64,000 nucleotides of DNA from a virus, in the IMG/VR virus record IMGVR_UViG_3300019888_000001, positions 1-64,000 of that record; one strand, written 5' to 3'. Shown in pieces: positions 33,106 to 42,737 of this stretch (position 1 is the first letter of the stretch; each line of letters starts with the position of its first letter). The translations under genes and the position numbers were made by a program. The notes under the pieces were generated by a model. The model had not been told where the DNA came from. It did no database searches and worked only from the letters and a program-made list of their open reading frames with translations.

Positions 33106-34211
33106 AAGAAGAAAAGCACGCGGAGTTCAGCCCGTCGTCTCTTAACAATTTGGAAGTCTGCCCCGGCTGGAGGCACAGACCCGATCAGGAAGGCAAGAAA
33201 AGTCCGGCCGCGGAACTCGGAACAAAGATCCACGAGGCGTTGGAGACTGGGAAGATCGACGAACTTCCAGATGAGGGCGACGCCAAACACATGGCGCGGC
33301 AGTGCGTGGACTTTATAGATTCCATTATGGCGGATCGACTGCCAGCAACTCCAACTCAGGACTTTCGCGAGCGAAAACTTACAATCAAGCTGGGCGAGGA
33401 TATGACGACCTACGGTACTCTTGACAGACTTATTATTTTTGGGCGCAAAGGTTTCTTGGTCGATTACAAGACCGGGCGCCGCGAAGTCATTGACGCCGAG
33501 CTAAACCTTCAAACTTCGGCATACGCATTGGGGGTTTTCCAAGCACATCCTGAACTCGAAACAATTGAGAGCCATATTCTCCTGCCGGCAAGAAACGAGA
33601 TCTCGAGCTACGAGTTCCCCCGCGCCGCTATGCCTGATATGTCGCTTCGAATCAATACTGTTATCAGGCGCGCAATGGAAAACAACCCAGCTTTATACAA
33701 CCCTCAAGCTGGCTTATGCGAGTTCTGCGCGCAGCAGGGGTCGTGCCCAGCCCTTGGTAAAAAAGCACTTTTGATTTCCGCGAAACTCGGCCCCGGCCTC
33801 GCAATTCCCCAATCACTCACGGTGAGCAAAGACCGCCCGCAGGATATCCCTCAGATCCTGGCTTTGGCGCCAATCATCGAATCGTGGGCGAAAGGACAGA
33901 GAGAAGAAGCTCTTCGGCTTAACCTTGAAGAGGGAGTCCAAATTGCCGGGTATCAGCGCGTCACTCGATCACTGCCACGGGCGGTGACCAGTGTTCTCGG
34001 TGCCTACGAAGCAGTCAAAGATAAGATTACACTCGAGGCGTATCTGGCTGCATGCAGTAAAGTTTCTGTTCCAGATTTAGAAGATTTTTTTGCTGAACAA
34101 GCCCCGAATAAGAAAAAAGGTAAGGCAAGACAAGAACTAGAAGATAGATTACGAAGCGCAGGGGTTCTAAGAGAATCAAGTGATATATACTATCTTAAAA
34201 AGAAAATATGA
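33102..34211 (+). CDS. PD-(D/E)XK exonuclease (DUF2800/Cas4-like)
   Basis: 'HAEFSPSSL..CPG','GT.IH','GTLD..LVDYKTG','C.FC....CP'. Confidence 0.85.
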   Translation: MKEEKHAEFSPSSLNNLEVCPGWRHRPDQEGKKSPAAELGTKIHEALETGKIDELPDEGDAKHMARQCVDFIDSIMADRLPATPTQDFRERKLTIKLGEDMTTYGTLDRLIIFGRKGFLVDYKTGRREVIDAELNLQTSAYALGVFQAHPELETIESHILLPARNEISSYEFPRAAMPDMSLRINTVIRRAMENNPALYNPQAGLCEFCAQQGSCPALGKKALLISAKLGPGLAIPQSLTVSKDRPQDIPQILALAPIIESWAKGQREEALRLNLEEGVQIAGYQRVTRSLPRAVTSVLGAYEAVKDKITLEAYLAACSKVSVPDLEDFFAEQAPNKKKGKARQELEDRLRSAGVLRESSDIYYLKKKI

Positions 34212-34684
34212 CACCGACTGATCTTCATTATGCAGCAGGACTTTTAGAAGGTGAAGGCCATTTTCAATGCTCCAAAGACCCGAAATTTCCTACATCTCGG
34301 AAATTTTGTATAACTACTTCAATGGCAGATATAGCTCCTCTAGAACGACTACAACAAATTATTGGCGGTAAAATTAGAGGCCCATTTATTAAAAGCTCAA
34401 ACCGAAAACCTCTATATAATTTAGCAATAGGAAGACATCAAAATTGTGTACCTATAGCTGCAGAACTGTTCCCTCTCATGTCTCCCCGTAGACAAGAGCA
34501 GATAAAAGTAATGCTAGAATGGGACTCAAGATGCAAAAAATTACTTTATACTAAAAACTATCCTCACGGGTCGATTGAACGAGCAGTCGGTACCCGGTGT
34601 CGTTGCAAAACATGCGATCCTAAAAGGCGAGAAATATCACGGGAGTTTACCCGTTTTAAACGTTTATCTGAAGAAAAGCATTGA
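34208..34684 (+). CDS. LAGLIDADG homing endonuclease
   Basis: 'YAAGLLEGEGHF'. Confidence 0.85.
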   Translation: MTPTDLHYAAGLLEGEGHFQCSKDPKFPTSRKFCITTSMADIAPLERLQQIIGGKIRGPFIKSSNRKPLYNLAIGRHQNCVPIAAELFPLMSPRRQEQIKVMLEWDSRCKKLLYTKNYPHGSIERAVGTRCRCKTCDPKRREISREFTRFKRLSEEKH

Positions 34685-34719
34685 CGGTTCCCGCAAAACT
34701 TGATAAGGTAAATATACAA

Positions 34720-34944
34720 ATGAAGTTTTGGTTACGCCCATCCCGCGAAGAGATTCTTCAAACCCACCTTCGCATTTGGATCGAAATCTCCATGAGGTTA
34801 GCCCAAGATAACGCAACCAAAGACCACATGATCGACGACCTTGATTTTACAATTGCCCATTTACTCGACAACCAAATAAACCAACACTGCACAGAAGTGA
34901 TGCAGCCAAAAACCCAAAAACCATACAAACCATACACATACTAA
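34720..34944 (+). CDS. Hypothetical protein
   Basis: ATG downstream of TTGACG-N17-TAAGGT. Confidence 0.45.
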   Translation: MKFWLRPSREEILQTHLRIWIEISMRLAQDNATKDHMIDDLDFTIAHLLDNQINQHCTEVMQPKTQKPYKPYTY

Positions 34945-34948
34945 GACA

Positions 34949-35674
34949 ATGAAACACTCATTCAAAACACCCCCTCAGCCTGAAGTTGCGGAACAGGCCG
35001 AGAATACTGAAACAACGCTAGCCCGTCCCCTCCAACCTATGCCGCAATTTAGCGGAGACTGGGATTACAACGATACCCGCAAGCCGCGAATTAACTTGGT
35101 TCACAAGACAAGCGATTCTGAGCTAATTGAAAAGTTCGGAATTGGATCATTCGTCTTCCAGAAAGAAGTAAAGCTAAGCAACGGCAAAGATCCTTTGCTG
35201 GTGACGGCCCTGCGCGCGGGTAAGGACTTCATCCAAAAGCTTCCTTTCGGCGCTCCTGACATGCCGCTCGTGTTCAAAACCAAAGACGAAGTTCTAGCCA
35301 ACGGCGGTTCGTTTAACAAGAAAGACGAGGCCACCCAAAGTTATTACATTCCTAGGGCGCACATTCTGTTTTTGGTAGAAATGCCTGAAAAAACAGATGA
35401 CGAAGACTCGTCCATGTTTCCTTATGAGTTTGAAGGAAAACAATACGGCCTCGCGGTCTTGACGGTCAGTTCCAGTGCGTTCACCGCTACGGCAGTTGAA
35501 CTCGCCACACTATGCAACTTCAACGCAGTGATGCGTAAAGGTATGGAGTATGGTAAACTTGAACTTACCTCAGCGCAGCGTATGTCTCCACGTTACAGTT
35601 GGATAGTCCCGGAAATTCGTTTCAAAAGTGAAAACGACGCGAACTTCGTAAAGTTTATACAAAGTTTGCTTTAA
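34949..35674 (+). CDS. Putative ssDNA-binding/annealing protein
   Basis: Position between exonuclease and polymerase; size and composition only. Confidence 0.4.
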   Translation: MKHSFKTPPQPEVAEQAENTETTLARPLQPMPQFSGDWDYNDTRKPRINLVHKTSDSELIEKFGIGSFVFQKEVKLSNGKDPLLVTALRAGKDFIQKLPFGAPDMPLVFKTKDEVLANGGSFNKKDEATQSYYIPRAHILFLVEMPEKTDDEDSSMFPYEFEGKQYGLAVLTVSSSAFTATAVELATLCNFNAVMRKGMEYGKLELTSAQRMSPRYSWIVPEIRFKSENDANFVKFIQSLL

Positions 35675-35982
35675 TGGATATAACTCAATTAGCCGCAGAC
35701 CTCGGCATCAAAACCGAAATGGGAAAAGAACTTCTCAAAGAAGCTATCGATCTTGCCGTCGTCCTTGACGGCAAGAACGCTGACTACAGTTCGGCTAACA
35801 TCAGTAAATTCGGGTTGTTTGGAATCGTAGTTCGGCTTAGTGATAAGCTTGAGCGATTAACTAATCTTCTCGATAAAAAAGCGCTCGACTCACCTTGTAA
35901 CGAGCCTATAGAAGATACATGCCGCGACGTAGCCGGATACGGTTTGATCGCTAAAATAGTAGCCAGAAAAGGATGGAGATAA
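35674..35982 (+). CDS. Nucleotide-modification-associated domain 1 (DUF1599-like)
   Basis: 'KNADY..N..FG..GIVVRL.DK..RL..L....E.IEDT..D.AGY'. Confidence 0.75.
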   Translation: MDITQLAADLGIKTEMGKELLKEAIDLAVVLDGKNADYSSANISKFGLFGIVVRLSDKLERLTNLLDKKALDSPCNEPIEDTCRDVAGYGLIAKIVARKGWR

Positions 35983-35983
35983 T

Positions 35984-36493
35984 ATGCCCGCAAGCCCAAA
36001 TGACCCGCACCCTAACGAATACACGTTTGCAGAAAAACTAGCCGCGGTTAACGCAGGCGTCATGGCACCCGAAGATTTGGGTGTGCTACCCACTCCAGGA
36101 GATGCCTCGGAGGCTACAGCTGGTGGATTAGAAATAAAACCAGCTACACCGGAAGAACTCGCAAAGAAGCCGGAAACAGGCGACTATATAGTGTTTCAGG
36201 CCGCAGTTGTTCCACTAGATTTAAGAGCAACCTGGTCTGAACTTGATGCTAAAGCGACTAATAAAATCTTGCCTTTTACATTTGATAAAGAGGCATGGAA
36301 AGACGCGCACAAACATGAGCATGTAATTCAAGCCAAGTTTCAATGCGGCACAGCTAGCGGAGCGATAGAAGGAAAGTTCTCGGATAAAGTATTAGGTCTG
36401 TGCAATCTATTAGACGCAGCCTCTAAGCAAATACGAGAGTTTTACGCGAATGAAAAAAGCAAGACCGATACCGCAACACCACCGATGGCGTAG
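35984..36493 (+). CDS. Hypothetical protein
   Basis: 169 aa ORF in the replication operon. Confidence 0.5.
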   Translation: MPASPNDPHPNEYTFAEKLAAVNAGVMAPEDLGVLPTPGDASEATAGGLEIKPATPEELAKKPETGDYIVFQAAVVPLDLRATWSELDAKATNKILPFTFDKEAWKDAHKHEHVIQAKFQCGTASGAIEGKFSDKVLGLCNLLDAASKQIREFYANEKSKTDTATPPMA

Positions 36494-36738
36494 CTGGTTT
36501 ACACCTTCAGTCCTAGCCCAACGAACAGGTATCACTGACTCCAGAGGTCAGATCTATATGGTTCAACCTGACGGAAGTATCAAACGTATAAGTGAAAGAA
36601 AGATTGGACGGAACAAGAAAACCAATGAATAGTGAGAAAAGATACGTTAAAAATAGAGTCGGAGAAAAACTCCGAACGGGCCTCTTCTCGCCCCAACCAT
36701 GGGGAGCCTTGTTTAACATTTAACGTATCTTTATTTTT

Positions 36739-37185
36739 ATGAAATTTTGTCCTAAATGCAGAAAAACAAAAAGTTTGAAAGCGTTTAATAAAAACCAAAA
36801 AAGATACGACGGCATTCAAGGATGGTGCTCGTCTTGCAGATGTAAAAATTATCAAGAAAGTCCAAAACGAAAAGCGATTATAGCTAAAGCCACTAAATGG
36901 AATTATTCTCACCCCGAACAACGTTTAAAAATAATTAGGAAAAGTAACTGGAAAAGACTTCACGGGCTTACTGAAACTGAATTTTTGAGTTTACTAAAAC
37001 TTCAAAAATCAAAATGTGCTATCTGTAAACAATCATTTCCTAAATTTCCTTCTGTGGATCATAACCATAAAACAGGAAAAATTAGAGGACTACTCTGTGG
37101 AAAACGTAACTCAGGATTAGGATTCTTTAAGGACACAGTTAAATTTCTGCGTAACGCAATTAGATATTTAAATGCAAACGATTAG
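36739..37185 (+). CDS. Endonuclease VII-like protein
   Basis: 'CAIC..VDHNHKTGKIRGLLC...NSGLGFF'. Confidence 0.85.
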   Translation: MKFCPKCRKTKSLKAFNKNQKRYDGIQGWCSSCRCKNYQESPKRKAIIAKATKWNYSHPEQRLKIIRKSNWKRLHGLTETEFLSLLKLQKSKCAICKQSFPKFPSVDHNHKTGKIRGLLCGKRNSGLGFFKDTVKFLRNAIRYLNAND

Positions 37186-38956
37186 TTTGGACTACGAAAC
37201 TGAATACAGTAAAGACTACTCTATTCGAGACATGGGCGCCTGGGCTTATTGCAACGACCCACGCTTCAACGCATATCTGTTAGCTGTGGCTTGGGAAGAT
37301 GGGCGAACTTGGATAGGGAACCCCAAAGACTTTGACTGGGAATCTATTAACGGGTTAGACTGGGTTGCTGCGAATGCCGGTTTTGAATGGGAAGTAACCG
37401 AACGATTACGTAAAGACGGCGTGGTTCCAGCGCACATTAAACCCCGAAAAATTTATGACGTGCTAGATTTAAGCCGATACCTGGGGTATCCGGGAAATCT
37501 AAACGCCGCATGTCAGTATCTTCTCAACGTAAAAATTGACAAAGGGATGCGAGACCGCGCCAAAAACCAGACCTGGGTCTCAATGTCGCCAGATTTCCAG
37601 GATGCAATGAAGCAATACGCACTTCTGGATGCGGTTCATGAATTATCAATTTGGCAAAAGCACGGGCACAAAATGCCCGAAGATGAGCGCATGCTTTCTC
37701 GACTAACCCGTATCATGTGCCGCCAGGGCGTGCCCATCGATGTGCCGGCTGTAGATGACGCCATTTCAAAACTCGAAGCGTATCTCGCCGACATACGAAG
37801 CCGAATTCCTTGGACCACTGATCCCACGATTCCGGTTATGTCACCGAAGGCGATGGCTAAAGAATGCCTTAAAAAAGGAGTGGCTCCGCCTACGTCGATG
37901 GCCAAAGACTCCGAGGCCTTTGCTGCATGGTTGAAAGAGCATGGTGATATGTTTCCATTCGCGGTAGCGATAGGCCAATATCGGAGTGCTAACAATCTTT
38001 TGAAAAAACTCCAGACCATGAAGCGGCGAACGCGACTGGATGGAGTTATGCCTTTTGGTTTGAAATATTTCGGAGGTCACACTGGCAGGGACTCAGGAGA
38101 TTCAGGATTCAATGTTCAAAATTTACACCGCGAGCCCTACACCTGCACGCCCACTAAAGGGGAGCATTTTAAGATCGATCTGCGCGGCATGATCGCCGCG
38201 CCAACAGGAAAACTACTTTTAATTGCAGACGAAGTGGCTATTGAGCCATGCGTATTGGCGGTTCTATCCGAAGATAAAGAACTTCTGAAGCGCTTATCAA
38301 CCGGCGAAGACGTTTACGAAGCGTGGGCCCGGCTTACGAAAGGTTACGCTGACCCAAGACCGCTAAATGATGTGGATCCCCGGATGCGACGGCTTTGTAA
38401 AGTAGAGCAATTGGGGTTATCGTACGGGGCCGGCGTGGAGAAATGTATCAAGATAGCCAAAATGTGGGCTGGCATTGATTTAACGTATCAACAAGCCCAG
38501 CTTCAGGTGGCTAAATTTAGAGAGCGACCGTTCATCCCTAGATTTTGGCAGAAGCTCGAAAGCCTGATGACACGAAGCGCTGGAGAAGATTTTCAATTCG
38601 AGCTGCCGAGTGGAAGAATAATGAATTACCGAAAAGTCCAAACAGTTAATGGACTTAGCGCGGAGATACCTAAATTAGGGCAAATGCTTCGTTGTCGTTT
38701 TTGGGGTGGAGCAATTTGTGAAAATATTATCCAAAGCGTTGGCCGTGATGTATTTATGCATCATATTTTAGAACTCCAAAAAAAAGGTATAAATATAATT
38801 TGTAGAATTCATGATGAGGTTCTGTGTTTAGTTGATGAAGATAAAGCCGAGGAAAGCTTAAAACTAGCCTTACAGATAATGTCTACCCCACCGCCCTGGT
38901 TAACAAATCTTCCTATTCGGGCTGCCGGACATCTTTCCCAAAAATATTGTAAATGA
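37172..38956 (+). CDS. polA: DNA polymerase family A with 3'-5' exonuclease
   Basis: Exo 'LDYET','ANAGFE','YALLD'; 'HTGR.SG..N.QN'; motif A 'ADEVAIE'; motif B 'R..CK...LG.SYG'; motif C 'IHDE'. Confidence 0.9.
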   Translation: MQTISLDYETEYSKDYSIRDMGAWAYCNDPRFNAYLLAVAWEDGRTWIGNPKDFDWESINGLDWVAANAGFEWEVTERLRKDGVVPAHIKPRKIYDVLDLSRYLGYPGNLNAACQYLLNVKIDKGMRDRAKNQTWVSMSPDFQDAMKQYALLDAVHELSIWQKHGHKMPEDERMLSRLTRIMCRQGVPIDVPAVDDAISKLEAYLADIRSRIPWTTDPTIPVMSPKAMAKECLKKGVAPPTSMAKDSEAFAAWLKEHGDMFPFAVAIGQYRSANNLLKKLQTMKRRTRLDGVMPFGLKYFGGHTGRDSGDSGFNVQNLHREPYTCTPTKGEHFKIDLRGMIAAPTGKLLLIADEVAIEPCVLAVLSEDKELLKRLSTGEDVYEAWARLTKGYADPRPLNDVDPRMRRLCKVEQLGLSYGAGVEKCIKIAKMWAGIDLTYQQAQLQVAKFRERPFIPRFWQKLESLMTRSAGEDFQFELPSGRIMNYRKVQTVNGLSAEIPKLGQMLRCRFWGGAICENIIQSVGRDVFMHHILELQKKGINIICRIHDEVLCLVDEDKAEESLKLALQIMSTPPPWLTNLPIRAAGHLSQKYCK

Positions 38957-39041
38957 GAGCCTCACGTAGATCGTATCTAAGCCCAGGACAGATAAGCGAA
39001 AAGTGGCTTATATTATACGTGCTTAAGACTACAGTTAATCC

Positions 39042-39872
39042 GTGGATATACAAACTAAACCTACACAATCAGAGTTAATTGCTTGGGCAGCCGGCTTTTT
39101 TGACGGAGAAGGATGCTGGAATGCGGACTTTGATAAAAAAACTGGTAGAGCTAGGCTAAAGGCTAAAGTGACAGTCTGCGATAAAGACTATGTTTTTAAA
39201 CTCCAAACCATTGTAGGGGGGAGTGTATACGGCCCTCTAAAACCTTCGGGTTTTGGTAAACTGCCGCGCTGGCAGTGGGGCTACTCAAACTCTCTAGATA
39301 CAATTGCGCTATTTTTGGCGTTTAAACCTTTCTTAGGAAAAAGACGAACTAGTCGTTTTGAAGAGCTTTTTAAAAAATGGGCTGTTCCATTTGGACCAGC
39401 ATACGATAAGCTGAAGCGATATGAATGGTACGATATTCGTATGGCCGATCCCAAAAAGTATGAAGATGCCCGGCGGTTAGCCAAAAAGTATGGAGTGACA
39501 GACCAAGTTATTTCGCAGATACTTAACTCCAGACTTATGACTTGTTATATTTCTGGAAAAATGCGAGGCCTAAAAGACTTCGGATTTCCGGCATTCCGTA
39601 AAGCTGCGGCAGCTTTACGGACTAAAAATTGGCCCGTAGTATCTCCTGCAGAATTAGATTTAGGAGATAATATTAATATACAGAACGTATCAAGTTTGAA
39701 TATAGCAAAAATTTTCCAGCGCGATTTTGCTGCTTTGAAAAAATGCCATGTAGTGGCTCTTCTTCCAAATTATACGACTTCTGAAGGAGCACACTATGAA
39801 AAAAAGATAGCTGAAAAATATGGCCTTAAGATTTTACCAATCGAGAAAATAGAGCGACTTCCAATACGATAA
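39042..39872 (+). CDS. LAGLIDADG endonuclease + HTH fused to a DUF4406 (NDT-like) domain
   Basis: 'WAAGFFDGEGC'; 'LAKKYGV...ISQI'; 'YISGKMRG....FPAF..SPAE..SEGA..E'. Confidence 0.75.
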   Translation: MDIQTKPTQSELIAWAAGFFDGEGCWNADFDKKTGRARLKAKVTVCDKDYVFKLQTIVGGSVYGPLKPSGFGKLPRWQWGYSNSLDTIALFLAFKPFLGKRRTSRFEELFKKWAVPFGPAYDKLKRYEWYDIRMADPKKYEDARRLAKKYGVTDQVISQILNSRLMTCYISGKMRGLKDFGFPAFRKAAAALRTKNWPVVSPAELDLGDNINIQNVSSLNIAKIFQRDFAALKKCHVVALLPNYTTSEGAHYEKKIAEKYGLKILPIEKIERLPIR

Positions 39873-40308
39873 TGAAAACAAAATACAGGTTTGTGGAATC
39901 GAAAAAGGCGTATACCGAGCAGTGTTACTATTATACCGAGAAAAAAAGTTTTTGGGCACTTGGACACGCGTCCATGACAGTTGGGCCATGGATAAAGCAG
40001 AAGGGTGGAAAAAGTATACATCAATTATTACCAATACATTTAAGAATGTAAACACCGTGCTGCATGAAGTTCCAGATAAACTACGTGATATTCAAGAAGT
40101 GAAGGCATGGTTAAAACTAACCGATGACACCCAACTCTAAAGCTAAATTAACATCTGCGATGTTAGATGCGATTTCATATAAGTTCCGTTTTCCCTATTT
40201 GGTTGAATACATAAAACTTTGTGCCCCGAAAGAAATACAAAAAGACAAGAAAGCAATGCTCGCATGGATACGTTTGACACACGATTTACCGGTTACTATG
40301 GAGGATAT

Positions 40309-40665
40309 GTGAACAAACCTGTCACATATAATGAGGATGCATTGCAGAATACAAACCCTAAAGATAAAATAGGAGAAACCAAACCGTCACTTGCGCTAGT
40401 GCCAACCAGCCTTCTCGTGCCACTTTCCGAAGTTATGAAACTTGGCGCAAAGAAATATGGCGCGTGGAACTGGCGTAATACCAATCCGAAAGCAATGGTT
40501 TATTACAATGCAATGCTTCGACATATACATGCTGCTCTAGATCGCGAGGATACTGATCCAGAGAGTAGGCAATCTCATTTAGCTCATGTAAGTGCATGCT
40601 GTTTAATCTTGCTAGATTCAGCAAAATGTGGTAATTTAATAGATGATCGACCGCCAAAAAATTAG
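40309..40665 (+). CDS. dATP/dGTP diphosphohydrolase domain protein (DUF5664-like)
   Basis: 'KP.L.LVP..GAKKYG.WNWR..Y.A..RH....D.D.ES..HL.H..ILLD..LIDDRP'; GTG start with GGAGG upstream. Confidence 0.8.
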   Translation: MNKPVTYNEDALQNTNPKDKIGETKPSLALVPTSLLVPLSEVMKLGAKKYGAWNWRNTNPKAMVYYNAMLRHIHAALDREDTDPESRQSHLAHVSACCLILLDSAKCGNLIDDRPPKN

Positions 40666-41149
40666 TCACTTTTCTCTTTCTTATATCGCAGGATTGTTTG
40701 ATGGAGAAGGATATTTAGGCATATCCCGAGATAAGAAAATTCATTCAAAACGAGGGTTACTGTTTAGAGTATACGGAGGATTAAGAATCAGAGAAAAATT
40801 CATTGTGAAAGCTTTTGCTAAACGATTCGGCGGGACTGTGTGCAAGCGAATAGCACAGAACCCAAACTGGGCTGATACATATGTATGGCAAATTTATGGG
40901 TGCGATCTCGAAAAATTTCTTAAAACTGTTGCGTCATATTTGATTCTCAAACAACCTCAAGCCCGAATTATCTTGCGGTGCAGACAGCTAACGAAAACCA
41001 ATACTCATACTAGAATAATGCCAAAGTGTAAATATATAGCTTACCAAAATCTAACCAAACAAATTAATAAGTTGAACTTCCGAGGAAAGAAAACCAACCA
41101 AAAAAAATCCGAAGGCTCCTTGAGCCGAAACAACACAAAACCCTTATAG
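40643..41149 (+). CDS. LAGLIDADG homing endonuclease
   Basis: 'YIAGLFDGEGY', 'YLILKQPQA'. Confidence 0.85.
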   Translation: MIDRQKISHFSLSYIAGLFDGEGYLGISRDKKIHSKRGLLFRVYGGLRIREKFIVKAFAKRFGGTVCKRIAQNPNWADTYVWQIYGCDLEKFLKTVASYLILKQPQARIILRCRQLTKTNTHTRIMPKCKYIAYQNLTKQINKLNFRGKKTNQKKSEGSLSRNNTKPL

Positions 41150-41159
41150 ACGACAGACC

Positions 41160-41838
41160 GTGAATATGCGAACTGTGTATAAATACACAAAAATTTTTAG
41201 TGAGCTGTGGTGCGCAGAAGTGCCCGCCGAACTGTACCCTGATAAGGAACTTACTGCTGCATGGCTAAACATTAACAATGGAACCATGATGCGAGCTTCA
41301 GAGTTACACTGGCGTACTCCATATTGGAATCTGCCTACAAATACGACAGGACCAAGATGACCAGAGAAACCATTTTTATAATACTGGCGATTTTTACAGG
41401 ACTCTGGACGTTTATCGGAACCCTAAGGTGGTATTGGCGGATAACGACACCAGGGGAGGGATTAGATAACTATAACTATAATAACCGGCAAATAAGGTAT
41501 CTGATGTTTCTGCACGGGCCCGTAGTTTGGTGTTATGACCTTCATTGCGCGTTATTCACCTGGCTTGGCCGCGAAACCAAATTCGAGAAAGCTTACCGGA
41601 AGATACGCGAATGAAAGCCGTAATGTATGGTGAAGAATCGGTTTACTTGGGCGGCTATGAACGAGTTATGTATCGAACAGGAATTCCTGATGAATTGTAT
41701 CCTGATATTGAATGGATAGATCCAGATTATATATCTCATCAGCTGGCATACCGTCCCGTAAACGTTAAGCCGACCAAAAACCCGAAGGCTTGCCGCGCTC
41801 CTTGGAATGAGCTTTCGGACAGCATCTGCGATTTTTGA
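41160..41838 (+). other. Three small coupled hypothetical ORFs
   Basis: Overlapping + strand ORFs 41160-41360, ~41357-41614 (TM) and ~41611-41838. Confidence 0.4.
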
Positions 41839-41885
41839 TCGGCTAAGTAACAGTATAATTAAATAAATAACTTGTAAAGGTCCAC

Positions 41886-42737
41886 ATGGACACCGCCCAC
41901 ACACAGTTTGATTTTACCTCCTGCCCTAAAAGTGGGCAAGGTTGTCATAAATGGTTGTTTTATATTTCGTGTAAAGCAGTTGATGAAGGCCTAACAGATG
42001 AAGAAGCAGAACCTTTGATTCGCAAAGCAATGACGCGCGCACCAACACCGCCGAGTGAGATCATGGACGCGCTACGAAGTGCGCGCAGGGAAGAAAGAGT
42101 GCCGTCGATGGTGTGGAACCCGAGGAACGAAACCGCGATTAAGGAAATCGTGGGCAAAGACTTGTTGCCGGGGTTGAACAAATACCAAAACTTCGAGCCG
42201 CTATCCAGACTACCCCAACCGGAAATGTGGATAGACCAGTTATTTCCGGGAAATCCTTTATTATGTATCGGGAAAACCAGTTCATTATTCCGAACAAAAC
42301 CAAGAGAAGAATGGCGCGGGTTGGAAAAATTCAATTCATTGATCGTTCCAAGTCCTATGACCGCGGTAAAAGGAAGAACAAAAGCAGGAACTTTATCAGA
42401 GCACTCGTTAGACAATACCGGGCCGCGGCGCTATCTAATTCTCGAATTCGATCAGGGGCCTGAACTAGACCAGCTAAAGTTAATATTTCATCTTGCCGAT
42501 TATGGCCCACTTGTGCTAATATGCCGATCAGGGGGAAAAAGTTTGCATGCGTGGTTTAGAGCAAAAGACGAAGAAGATTTAAAACTCATAACGTTTATGC
42601 AATACGGGGTAAGCCTTGGCGCCGATCCGCGAACTTGGCTGGCCAGTCAGTTCGTTAGGCTCCCTGACGGAACTCGGTTTGAAAACAAAAACCCCCAATC
42701 TGTAATTTACTACGACCCAGAACAACTTCCACAATGA
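41886..42737 (+). CDS. Primase (AEP/RepB-like)
   Basis: 'ILEFD','SGGKSLHAWF','RLPDG.R'; upstream of the D5-like helicase. Confidence 0.75.
   Translation: MDTAHTQFDFTSCPKSGQGCHKWLFYISCKAVDEGLTDEEAEPLIRKAMTRAPTPPSEIMDALRSARREERVPSMVWNPRNETAIKEIVGKDLLPGLNKYQNFEPLSRLPQPEMWIDQLFPGNPLLCIGKTSSLFRTKPREEWRGLEKFNSLIVPSPMTAVKGRTKAGTLSEHSLDNTGPRRYLILEFDQGPELDQLKLIFHLADYGPLVLICRSGGKSLHAWFRAKDEEDLKLITFMQYGVSLGADPRTWLASQFVRLPDGTRFENKNPQSVIYYDPEQLPQ

Noticed and set aside
33102-34211. Cas4 as part of a CRISPR system
   Set aside because: Typical stand-alone phage PD-(D/E)XK exonuclease in a replication operon
39858-39872. LPIR* as a duplicated polA C-terminus (polA has LPIRAAG..)
   Set aside because: Only four residues and no continuation; could be chance
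34208-41149. Inteins or introns hosting the LAGLIDADG domains
   Set aside because: Separate ORFs with their own starts; no Cys/His-Asn splice junctions; flanking genes are complete
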